Of a stretch of DNA of 64,000 nt, positions 1-11,538 are shown piece by piece. The translations under genes were made by a program, and so were the position numbers. This stretch comes from Balanoglossus misakiensis. Taxonomy: Eukaryota > Animalia > Hemichordata. The first letter of the stretch is position 1. Every line of letters begins with the position of its first letter. The notes under the pieces are model-generated. The model was not told where the DNA came from. It saw only the letters and a program-made list of their open reading frames with translations, and searched no databases. The stretch is from assembly GCA_040954595.2 (NCBI GenBank), contig CM082578.2, positions 3,392,831-3,456,830 of the forward strand. Reading direction: 5' to 3'.

Positions 1-261
1 GCGCGTGAATGGTCACGCTTCATTTTAAAACAACAATAAATGTTATGCAGTAACCACCAAACACATTCGGATGAGACAGCTCAAAAGTGAACTGTTTGTG
101 TTTGAAACCACGAACCCGTCAGGAATTACATGTACAGATGCCAACAACAAAGTCACCCGCAGCATTTTTTCGTCCAGTCATTGACATAGCCGTGCCACGC
201 AGAGCTGTCATTAAGACTTTCTTCGGTTAACGACACAGAAAAAGATAATACGTTTACTCAC

Positions 262-585
262 CTTGGCGCATATAAGACGATTATCTTGTAACCTTTTAAT
301 GCCAAGGTCGTGCACCCAGCCACAAACGAAAAAGTTATAGGCCTCCAAACTTTTGAAAGCCTTCATTTCATTTTTCGTGTAAAACGATGACTGCAACACC
401 AGATAATTCGATATATCGGGGAACTGCAGATCTGGCAAATCTTTCAGGTCGGTTGAAAGTTCCTTCGATTTTATGGCATACGGATCCACACCACCGCATA
501 ATGATATCTTGGACTGATATCGTGCTTGCACTTTCGGTTCTAGAGTGTTTACATACTCGGACAAACTTTTACTAGATTCCGCCAT
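262..585 (-). mobile_element. First coding exon of a DNA-transposon accessory protein (SWIM/YqaJ lambda-exonuclease-type ORF of ISL2EU/Kolobok-like elements); continues off the window
   Basis: ATG at 585, 108 codons, then donor AAG|GTGAGT at 261. The motifs DISNYLV and KAFKSLEAYNFFVCGWV are typical of the N-terminus of SWIM+YqaJ transposon proteins (recalled). The upstream region 586-670 has a duplicated TTTGCCCGTCA..GAAAC motif. Confidence 0.6.
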
Positions 586-735
586 GTTGTTTGCCCGTCA
601 CCTAGAAACGGGCCATATGCATTTGCCCGTCATCTGGAAACAGGTCACATGACCAGATTACGTGATTGATAGTAAAGAATTACTCAGTCAAACCAGGCAA
701 AGTTCACATGTGTAGAGAAAATTGTAGACCACTAA

Positions 736-1398
736 GGCTGCATTCACAAACACCTCTGGAGGGGGGAGGGTCGGGAGAATTCATTTTTTTACCGTTAATT
801 GTCACATGCCCCCCGTACACAACCCGAAATATTTTAAAATCCCCGCTATCGAACTGCTAAAATTTTGAAATCCCCCCCATATATATATAAACAGCGCTCC
901 CATGAAAAGAATTTGAAACTGATGTATTCCCTCATCAGTGGGTATTCTGTGTTGGCAGACATTGTAAACCGAGAAGTGAAGGGGGTGGGCCCCAAGTTAG
1001 AAAATTGTATAAAATACAGAGCTCAAAGGTGCATTTTAATGAACCCAAAAGCAAATTAACTCAACTACCTGTATGTTGGGGAGGGCAAATTTAACCTTCG
1101 CCGCTCAAAGTTAACATGGGGGGACACTAGATAAACCAGTCAATGATTAAAATGTGTTGATGAATGAAGGGGTTGGTGTGGGAGGGGGTGTTCCCCTCCC
1201 ACATTAGAAAAAAATGAATTATGAAGGGTTCAAAACTGCATTTTTGAGGACTCAAAATAAATATTTAGTCCTCAAAGTTTTCAAGTCCCCCCTTTCAGTC
1301 CCTAAATTATTTCAAATCCACCTTACACATACCCTCAATTTTTCGAATCCCCCCTCAATTCTCCCTTCCCCTCTCAAGAGGTGTTTGTGAATGCAGCC
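736..1398. mobile_element. PIF/Harbinger-type MITE
   Basis: TIR GGCTGCATTCACAAACACCTCT...AGAGGTGTTTGTGAATGCAGCC, TAA target-site duplication on both sides. A second copy lies at 59983-60764. Confidence 0.9.
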
Positions 1399-2638
1399 TA
1401 ATACAAATTTCGAGAGCATACTTTAAAGGTGAATCTTATTGTCATTTACCATTTCAAATGATTTAGAAAATTATTGAAAGAGGAGATACAAATTTTATAA
1501 AATAATCAAGCAATTGCATAGCCAGCCATACAAAAAAATTGAAGTGAAACACCTGTTTAATCAAACAAAAAGATATTGATTTTTTCTATTGACAGAACAA
1601 TGGAAATTTACATGTTAACTTTCAACAGAGACTGGCCACCTCAGTTAGTCATTGCTTGTTTCCTCCAAAGTGTGACATTTGAAGTACATGAATACTTTGA
1701 TTTCTATGGCTTTTAAATTTTAATTTTGAAATTTTCAGTCTAATTCTTCAACGTACTTTTCCTAGATAAAACTAAATACAGTTATATCTACTTCATATCA
1801 TTTTTTGTATCTAAAACATAAAAAAGGTATTAAATGGACAACCTCGATGATACAAATCATGGAGAATTGTGGGTAAAATATCGTACTGTGCTCCCCTTCC
1901 CCTTAAGAAATTATTTAGTTTTCACTCCCCAAAAAACTGTCTTGAAACATTTTCGGTGTCATCCTTGCACAAAAATTAGTGACCCTCCCCCTGACTGTTG
2001 CATGAAAAATGGTGACCCTCCCCCCAATCGCACCAGCCCCCCCCCCTGTTAATTCTGACCAGGCCCTTATACAGAAACTTGACAAGTGTGATGTGTGATC
2101 AAACATCCAGAGTGTGAGCCTGTCTGAATCATGAAGTTAAATGTAAAACGTCGATTGAAAAATAAGAAAGTTGTAATTAAACTTTAACAGAAACTAAAAA
2201 GGTGAATACACCGCGCCTGCAGTTTTAACCCAAAACAAACATGCGGACACATTATTGTGTGCATATGCGCAACAGTAAATGCGTTGAAAGTTTGAAAGTA
2301 AATTCACGAAATAAGTGTGCGTAGGCAGCACCGTACACTAGTTGACAGCGCTTATAGCAAAGTAGACTGTAAGACTATTAATTTCTTAACTACGGTGCTG
2401 CCTGTGGTGGTGAAAAGTGGCAGCTTATGAGGTTTTACAGAGCGCCCCCTATTGGCAAGACTGTAATCAAAAGTTTGACCTGTGACCTGACCTAGATTCA
2501 GGTCCGCTGGTTTGATGTTTAGTTGAGTCTGTGTACATAATGTTATTAACATAATGTTATTAACGAACAGCGTACGTACGTGTATCTTGCCCCCTATACA
2601 CGTGATATGCGATATCGAAATGCACATCACGTATTAAT

Positions 2639-2738
2639 AATGCGCTACACATGACAGTAACGGCGTTCCATAAATGCGCTACACATGACAGTAACGGCGT
2701 TCCATAAATGCGCTACACATGACAGTAACGGCGTTCCA
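2639..2738. repeat. 34-bp minisatellite, 3 copies
   Basis: AATGCGCTACACATGACAGTAACGGCGTTCCATA starts at 2639, 2673 and 2707. Confidence 0.95.
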
Positions 2739-5689
2739 CATACAGCGAGCCAACCCAACACCACGCCGGCTACATGTGCCGGTCTTGCTTAGCCAAACTG
2801 TTGAGGGCGCATCAGTGTACGGCATTTCGAGAGAGACGTACCTGAATGTGGGCTGTGAGTTTAGCAGTCGATCGCCACCTAGAGACAGGGTTTATATACT
2901 GCTGCGATTTATGTTTCTCGGCTGTTATAAGATGTAAAGTTAAAACTTGAACATACACAGTCGTTGGTAACATGGAAAAAATTTACAATCTGAAGTTTTA
3001 GTAGTCTTTACAGCAGGACAAATGTAAAATGTTTCATATGATCACTTAGTTACACGAGTAGTATAAAGGCTATGCGTAACAGGCGTGATAACGCCTGCAT
3101 GTAAAACAACACGTCCTCTGTTATGTGAACTTACGTTAACTCTTTGCTATCTTCAATTCAGGTACACATGTCAAAAGGTCTAATTTTCGATGCCGATCAC
3201 ATATTACTTTGGCCTTTATAAGTTGTGACATGTAACCTCAAATTTTGCTGCAATTTTGGTTGGTATACATGTAGGCCGTGGTGACTGCAATGGGGTTTGC
3301 GCTTGTATGGGAGGACATAATCTCATCAAGGGGGACGCGCTGCGACCGTGCCGACAACTTCCCTTAAATTTGCAGACCAAGGAACAATTTGAGTAGGGGT
3401 CTTAATGCCTCCATGCAATATATCCGGCTGTTTGAAGCATATTTTCACAAATTCTGAACTTGCACTATAATTGCTGACCACAAGGCACTGGCGCAATGTT
3501 GTCCACATCGTGATGCAAACTTTCTGACCCAATCACTCGCACAGCGAAGGGGTGGCCACATTATATTAGGATGCTGCTTAATCTTTTCAACAATGAATCA
3601 CTTCTGTAAGATGACAAAACGCAGGTAAAACACTGGCACAATATTTTATATTTCCGATTATGTGACAGATGTAGGGTCAATTAATTTATTAATTCATATT
3701 TATACCGGTTAGCCTCCTTAGTCATGTAGACTTTCCATTAAGGACCAGTAAAATATATAGAAAACAACGTAAATAAAGAAATAACCAAAATATATAACAC
3801 TAAAATGTATTATATAAGCTTACACAGAAAAATATTCAATAAACACCTATAACTAACATTAGCAAAATGGCAATTGGATCGAATATGACAAAAGTGAGTA
3901 TAACAACAATAATACAATGGTGTACTTGGTAAAACAAGTATTAGAAAAGGGAGGATGTTTTCTAAGCACGACTTTAAAATCGGACAAGGAGTTTATCTCT
4001 TTAAAAAATGCTATGTTAAAATAGTTACTGACATGGTATAAACAGAATTGCAGACTTCGCTGTTTTGGTTGCTAGTGTGTTGGCTATGGTTGATACAGTA
4101 AATCATGGTGATTGGTACATAATATCACCATGTTCAAGGCAATGGTACAAGAACTGCAGGATATGCACGAATTTACAATAAATACTGAATAATGTCAGAA
4201 ATAACAGATACAGTAGTGGATTGGATCCTGTCTAGCGCGTGTGTACGCAAGCGCGTGTGTACGCATGGGCAAGACAGATGATGGCAAGAAGTGGACTTGC
4301 AATGTTGACAATGAGAAAGATGGCACACATCATGTACAATAATGTACTGTCAGCACCTGTAAGAAAAGAATTGAGTATTGGTAATATGATGGGTATCGAT
4401 CGTCTTATGTGCATGTGCCAAACCAGAGACTCTGGTTACAAAAATTGTATACAGTCAACGCCATTAGACAGCGTGCTGTCCTAACAACAGACGAGATGGC
4501 GGCGACCATAGTCTGTGTCGGACATCGGGAAAAGACATATTCCGTGAAAAGAAGGGCGAAACTAAAGTCTTCTTATATAGTGCGCATGAAATATGGAAGG
4601 AAGCGAAGCTAGTCTACTATTTAAATGCGTCGAATGCAAAATTTACAGAACATTTGATTGGAAGTAATGTTTGTCCACACGAAATTACGCACAAGCGCAT
4701 AAGACGCCGTCGGCTTTTAAATCATGTGATCCTGTGCGATAATTTAAACTTTCAGATCCGTTTGACACAAAATATTAAATACCTGATGGTTCATTGGCAA
4801 TGTCGAAGTACATGTACTTACAACATCCGCGCCCACAACCCCATGCATCGGGCGGGTGTCTTCGTTCGGCTTGAAGTGATTGGTCCAACATTTAAGACCA
4901 TGACACAGGGGAGAAGGCGACGTCGTTGAACCATTTGTTGTGTTTTCGCTGGTATCGTCTGCCATGACGCTAGTGTTCGGTGATGTCACCACTGAAATAT
5001 TACTCGGCTGCTCTGGAGACTGCCGGATCTGCTCTGTCGGTTTGCTGGTTGTCATAGTTACCGCTCTGTCCCCTAAAGTCGTGTGCCCATAGTGCACACC
5101 AGTAGTCGAAACACTTTGCCGACTCTCAGAGTAACTCACTGGCAGAGTTGTGGCTCCCCTAGTTGTATGCACAATGCCCACGCTTTGTGGGCCGTCGGCC
5201 ATGTCTTGTCGACTCTCGGCCACGTCTACATAACTGGATGGCAGAGTTGTTGGCGCTAAAGTTGTACAATATCCATGCGAGTGGTCGGGTCACTTTGTTG
5301 ACAATCAGTGCTGTCGTCATAATATGCAGATGCATATATTGCAGAGCCGACAGTAGGCATCCGCGGTGTGTATGCTACACCTATCGTCGGATACAATGTG
5401 TTCAATAATTAAAAAACTCAGTAAACAACGACAGAATGATGAGAGATAGAAACATAGGAAGACGGAGAGAGAATAAAATATTACTAATTTTCTAAACCGC
5501 TGTCGACTCTGATATAATGTACGTTATCATCCATTCTCAAGCCATGGAATTATTCAGATCAAAACTTACGGGATGTCGAACAAGCTTAATATTTACCGTA
5601 TTGGCAAACGAATCTCAAGAATTTCCTGCAGTCGTTGCTCTCATATGCATGTGGGGCACGCCTGCAAAGAAGGTAAAACACTGCAATGT

Positions 5690-5710
5690 AAACAACAACA
5701 ACAACAACAA
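5690..5710. repeat. (AAC)n microsatellite
   Basis: About 7 AAC units. Confidence 0.85.
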
Positions 5711-6889
5711 CACAACAGCAACTACAGTAGCGTTAAAATACCAAATGCATCACCACGACCATCAATAAGGTGCTACCTGTATTCAATTTGCTTTCAAGAG
5801 TACCCATAGAACATGAATGAATATACATGTACTACAATCGTATTAGCGCACACTCACAGACAATTATCACCAGCATTCTTACAATGAAACGAATTGAGCT
5901 GTACAGAAGGGATGGACTGACTATTGCTTATTGTTCATCAGTCCAGTTTATAATAAATAAAATGATTTAATAAATTGTAGTCAATCTCACTTGATTATGT
6001 ACATTTTTGCCAGTCTCAGTTTGACAGAAAGAGTTTTTGTATAAATCGTCGCAAGTGTAACAAAAGGTGATGCATTCTTATCACCAAAGCATTCATTGCG
6101 GTCCAGACTACAAGTGGCTTTTCATGTTTGCCTTGAACGGGAAATATAATACACAGTAGTATGTTGTGTTTCTCGAAAAAATCAATGGACTGAACATTTC
6201 CTCCGTGCAGCTCAATCCATTTTCATTTTAACACTATGTGAATACTGTGATCCGTGATCTTACACTGAGACGTGAATGCACTGTTCTGCGCTGGTCACAA
6301 ACCCGGACGTTATCTGCTGTAGGTACGTCAACGGTGTACCATCATAGTGAGTCCAGTCAGTCGTTGCATACATATTCATGCCATCTACCCATATGTATTT
6401 GAACATGAAGGCTGGCGTTAACAGAGAAGAGGAACGAAAGTGGGAAATATCTCATATAAACCACCTTTCATTTAAAAAGGGAAGATGGTCGTCTGCGCAT
6501 GTCTGACTTTTCTGTTTATAAACGCAACACCAGCATTGATTGTGCACACATTGGCTATTTTGAGAAGATTAACGGTACACATTTAATCCTGCCGAACCGA
6601 ACAAGAAACGTGGTTGATACTGAAAATAAAAAATATAAAAAACGGAGAGAAGATGACAATTGGACAGACAGCAATACAACATTGTCCCTTTAATAGTACC
6701 CATACTTTTGTTACGTTTAGTCAAAGGTGATAATTCTGTATAATTTCCAGCCCAAGAAAATTGCAGATTTCGTCAAGTGATAAAGAGCGGATGCGTACCA
6801 TCGGGTAAATTTAACGGTGCGTCGTGCGCTGTTATGAGGGCTGACACCTCTTCAAACGTCTGTTGGTCAGGAATTCTCAGTATCTTATG

Positions 6890-7631
6890 TTGAACACCTA
6901 TTGCCTGGCCATGAGGGCCATAGCGGCCGTTTATTACACCCGAGGGGCTGTGAGTTACCAGAATCACATGATATTTCCCGAGGCCGCATTCTGGTAACTC
7001 ACAGTCACGAGGGGGTAAAAACGGCTGCTATGGCCCGAATATAGGCCAGGCTATAGGTGTTTTATAATAAACCTCATGCTAACAGGCTGGCAGACGACAT
7101 CTTCAGCGGTGGCCATTGTGTCAGACGACGCGACGCTGATTGACGTGACCACGTTGGTCACGTGATCGGTTTATAATTTTATATTATAAATGTATAAATA
7201 ATGTACGTCATGCTAATACTGTGCCGTGATTCGCCAGAATCCGTCACGTGATAGGAAAATAGTGAACACCTATTGCCTGGCCATGAGGGCCATAGCGGCC
7301 GTTTATTAAACCCGAGGGGCTGTGAGTTACCAGAATCATATGCTTTTTCCCGAGGCCGCATGATGGCCACGCTAAAGATGTCGTCTGCCAGCCTCAAGAG
7401 AAAATTTTCCCAGCTGTTAGCATGAGGTTTATTATAAAACACCTATAGCCTGGCCTATATTCGGGCCATAGCAGCCGTTTTTACCCCCTCGTGACTGTGA
7501 GTTACCAGAATCATATGCTATTTCCCTCGGCCTACGGCCTCGGGAAATAGCATATGATTCTGGTAACTCACAGCCCCTCGGGTGTAATAAACGGCCGCTA
7601 TGGCCCTCATGGCCAGGCAATAGGTGTTCAA
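6890..7631. mobile_element. Composite fold-back non-autonomous element (hairpin-cored, Crypton-like repeat family) inserted into the lectin exon
   Basis: About 100-bp terminal inverted repeats starting TTGAACACCTATTGCCTGGCC, TATG duplicated at 6886-6889 and 7632-7635, and an internal stem-loop around CTCGGCCTACGGCCTCGG. A related fragment lies at 63340-63481. Confidence 0.8.
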
Positions 7632-8058
7632 TATGTATTTCCGAACGTTAGGTTGTGAAAGCGCCCTCTTGCGACCAATATCCAGAATTCCACGCCCATG
7701 CGGGTGGCGTGTTACTCTATGAAATAATTGAAATAATGACATTATATATATATTTATTTACTTATGAAGCCTTTAAAATGAAAGAAAAAAGATATACGCA
7801 CATAAGAAAACACACTCCAAAAGTTAACCCAAAATACACATGATTAAAATAGTCTTAACATTTTAAAAGAGACGCCTACTGTGTACATCCATTGACAACA
7901 AAAGCCGGCAAACACTCCGTCAGTCAGTCCATCCAATCCAAAACATGTCTTCATACGCATCGCACATGAATGTTGTCAATAATGCAGATTCAGCAGATGC
8001 AAATAAAACCAACGTGCACGAGATTTTTTTTATTTTTACAAAAAATAGACTTCATTAA

Positions 8059-8243
8059 AGGTATACGGTTACCTATGGAAAATTAGCTATAGTTACCATG
8101 GCAAAATAAGATCTAGCCAATCACTTATTTTCAGTGGGTGGCACACGCGAAAAAAAGAGCGCCACCGTATGTTCTTTAGAACGCTCAAATACACCATTTC
8201 AGCCATATATGGGCGTACGTTATTTGGAGGTGACTGTATACCT
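8059..8243. mobile_element. Kolobok-type MITE
   Basis: TTAA on both flanks; TIR AGGTATACGGTTACC / GGTGACTGTATACCT. Confidence 0.8.
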
Positions 8244-8942
8244 TTAAATCGAGGGAACTAATTTCAAGCGTTTTGTCGAGTTTCATAGCAAATGTAAATT
8301 ATAACCCGCTACAATCATTGCAGCTATCTCACTTCCTGTCAGTCATTTGGATGTAAGGTCACTCAGGGGTCACGAAAGTGGCCTTTTGATCATGGCCATT
8401 ATATGATACACAAAATGTGTACAGTAATCATAGTTGTATTTTCTTTTTAGATAATTAAAGGGACATAAGCTGTATCTTTGTCTTTATTTCCAGTATTTGT
8501 GTTCTGTGTATCACATGCAATTTCTTTTTGTACTCTAAACAGCATGCTTATATACTCAGTACTCCACTTGTCAACATATCATGTAATTGTATGTGTGTAA
8601 TGGCCATTGTTATTGTTGACAAATTAATTCTAGAAAACAATTGTTGCACAATAACAATGCTGACTATACACAAACATGTATATGTTGGGTTGATAAGCAA
8701 AATGCTGGGCATTTTATGTTGTTTCAGGAATTTGAACAAGAAACTGCAGTAGATACTCATAACAAATATACGGAAAGCATAGTGAAAAGTTCCAAAAACT
8801 AATGGATCTTTAATTTCTAAAAATTACATCTAATGACATGCTGAGTTATTTATACAGAAATTGTGACCAGTGTCTGGTTATTATCTAGATCACTGATAAC
8901 ATTTCTGAACAATACTAATTTCTTTTCTTTTTTTTTCTGTAG

Positions 8943-9754
8943 GTTTGCTTCGGAGTCCTATAATTATGTGCTTCCGTATGGGGTAGAACCAGCTGTCTAT
9001 CCTAACAGCTGAGTACATTATTAGGAGTTGAAACAGCTGTTGTCAAGACAACAACAGACACACATCGGCTGTACATGTTTTCCTTTTCCCTATTGGTCTA
9101 CACTCATGCTGCAATGTGACTGGCAGTTGCACTAATTGAGAGATATCTGCGTCATCATCGCTATAATATGTTTGGCAGAAATGGCTATCTGGAATTTTGA
9201 CAGAATCACCAAGAATGTTGGAAGGGTTCCATTCATCATGATGTCCATAGGTGAGTTAAAACTGAGTGAACTATTTTTCATCTTTTCTTGTTCTCAATAT
9301 CAAGTTTCTTTGTCCACTCCCTTGCGAATGATGAGGTTAACTCAGCATTGTTGTCATGAAGTGGATTTGAATTCATTTGTCAGCAATGACAATGGTTGTT
9401 ACGCATCATGGTCCTGTGGTTAGAGGAGTGGACTCCTTATTATGGGTTTGGGGCTACCAACTTTGGGAAATGGTAGCCCTGAGAAGTCACTTAATACTTT
9501 GTTCTTGTAATCTTCTAGTACAGACAACCAATAATACCAGCCTCCCTTAGTTTTGTTGAGCTCAGCAAGACTAAAAGTAGACAGTAAATGATGGTCTGTG
9601 GATTAAACCCTTTCTAAATTGACCTTTGAATATTTTTCATTTCAGTACGGAGTGTGAGATTTATCAAAGAGAAGGCTCTGCCTGATGTAGAACAAGTTGA
9701 CTTGATGTCTGGATTCTTGCAGTCTCACATACAGACAGCAGATATTGGCTTTAA
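8943..9754 (+). pseudogene. TMEM192: TMEM192-like pseudogene fragments (two exons)
   Basis: Exon 8943-9250 (ag|...|gtgagt) reads LLVYTHAAM*LAVALIERYLRHH..RNGYLEF/DRITKNVGRVPFIMMSIG. Exon 9646-9754 reads VRSVRFIKEKALPDVEQ...ADIGF. Both match recalled TMEM192 segments (WILHLLLECYIQYHH..NRGY; VKIRRFNKAKPEPDI..ETGFR). There is a TGA at 9117 and frameshifts, and the intervening exon is not visible. Confidence 0.7.
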
Positions 9755-10988
9755 GTGAGTTAAAGCTTTATTAGCTGTAACTTTTTGCTATGTTGTCAAT
9801 TTCTTTGTTTTGAGTATTTACTGCAATTTCTTGTCTCATTATAAGTATTTGGCATGTACATGTATTAACAACTAATATCTGATAGGAAACCAAGTTTAGG
9901 GAAGGGCTTATCTACCTTGTGTGTACATTATACCACAACAAATTATAAATGGAATCAAAGCAAAATTTGAATTGTTATTTTTTAGGACATTTTGTCATAT
10001 ACCACACATAATTTCATCTCAAGAATACAAAAAAAATGTTCTACATGTTGACATAACTGTCAAGAGACCAGCTGTTCTATTTGGTGTATGTACAGTACAG
10101 GTTCCGTTCTGTTGGAGTCGTATCTGGAATGTTGCTACACTGTTGAAAACCAGCAGTGAGAACCAGGCATATTTGGTCTATGTTCAGTAACGCATGCCAT
10201 TGACAGCTTCTAGGTCAATCAGTATTTGTCTGTTGATCTGTCTCTACGTATGTTTTCTCAAGGCATTGCAGAAGAAGTATTTCCACTGCACCAATTCTGC
10301 CAACATCCCCCCCCCCAAAAAAAATTCTCCACCTCCAGAAATCAAATGGTTCTTCTGATGTTTATTGAAAAACTCGAACACTGAATTTTACTCGGAAAGT
10401 ACAGACCATAATATGAACTACAGTACCGAAAGGCATGTGGGTAATAGTGCATATGTCATCATTGCATAGGCAATTTATATATCACATCTCCCTTTGTTTA
10501 ACCGGAAACACAATAAATGTTCATATGTTTGTCAATAACACTGTTCACGGTTTCATGTAAAATGTCAACATTCATGGCATTGAAAGCGATTTTCTGAACA
10601 AAACAACTGAAGTCTCTTGGTGTGAAACAAAACACAAACATTTTTTAACACTGTGTGAGAAGTCAGATGTTCATGCACTTGACCAGTTGGAAAGGATCTT
10701 TACCATCCACTCTTACCATAACGTACGTGTAGTATAGAGGGCAAAGTAAATGATATATATATAGCATGTGTTTAAATATCAAAGTACATGCAGGCCCACA
10801 AAATATACGCTTACCCAGGTATTTTATCAGTGCAGTTGACTTGACAACTTGAATGTGACACTCAAAACTTGAATTAGTCTAATCCTGGTACTCATATAAA
10901 AATGACCACCATGTCAACACTGACCTCACGTATAGGACTGATTTGACTTTGTTGCGTCCAGCAATCGTTCGGGTCACACTGACCTTAA

Positions 10989-11013
10989 CATGGAGCTACC
11001 ACATAGCTCCATG
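10989..11013. mobile_element. 25-bp palindromic mini-insertion with 8-bp TSD (P-element-like micro-MITE)
   Basis: CATGGAGCTA-CCACA-TAGCTCCATG flanked by GACCTTAA / GACCTTAC; absent at the homologous site in copies A, B and C. Confidence 0.8.
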
Positions 11014-11021
11014 GACCTTAC

Positions 11022-11208
11022 CTATGACTGTTTTGACATTGCCTCGTTCTGCAATGATTCGCGTCAGTTCTCCAGTTCCACATCCGAGAACCAAGACCAC
11101 TTCCTCGCTTTCCCAGTCATCATTCCACAGAGACAACAAGTGTTGACCGTATCGATGTTGTCCTTCGCTATTACGCGAATAATCTTCGGCACTGGCACCA
11201 AGATTCAT
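11022..11208 (-). pseudogene. Orphan exon 1 (copy D) of the JHAMT-like methyltransferase
   Basis: MNLGASAEDY...VVLVLGCGTG with motif I Asp changed to Val. Donor at 11021. Intron homology fades at about 10700 and no exons 2-4 are found downstream. Confidence 0.85.
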
Positions 11209-11538
11209 TTTTTTTGCACCGAAGAGCTGCGATGTGCACCAGTCAGAAGTATTCACTGCACTGTTTTGTTCTGTTCTGTTTGTGCAGTGATCTTGAATGA
11301 CCTCTGCTTCAATCAAATGATCAGACTTAGGGGAGCATTGTGTTTTCTTTAAAAAATACTGACCCTCCTACACCAGAATGACCGATTTATTACAAGACTC
11401 ATACATGTAACATTCAATTACAACTTGGTCTTGAAGGATCTAGATATCATAAACAACAATGAGGCATACTGCTGTCATTAATTTGCATACTCAACTTCGG
11501 CACCTGTTATAGTTTGGCACAACAAAATCGTGACATAT

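Larger units (their letters stand above)
4195..7716 (-). pseudogene. Disrupted type I membrane C-type lectin gene (CTLD + Ser/Thr-rich stalk + TM + short tail)
   Basis: Exons 7716-7636+6889-6799, 6411-6264 and 5661-5597 splice in phase at GT/AG sites and give ...HKILRIPDQQTFEEV...KYIWVDG...WTHYDGTPLTY...EQCIHVSV...SNDCRKFLRFVCQY (CTLD consensus). Exon 5380-4783 is an S/T-rich stalk and 4356-4195 is a hydrophobic segment LLYMMCAIFLIVNIASPLLAIICL. Lesions: TAA at 7650-7648, TE insertion 6890-7631, frameshift near 5265, and a 16-bp duplication near 4233-4265. Confidence 0.7.

Noticed and set aside
3274-3600. Possible EGF-like exon (GRGDCNGVCACMGG...GTRCD) on the plus strand
   Set aside because: It needs a frameshift, is followed by stops and has no supporting neighbouring exons; too weak to call.
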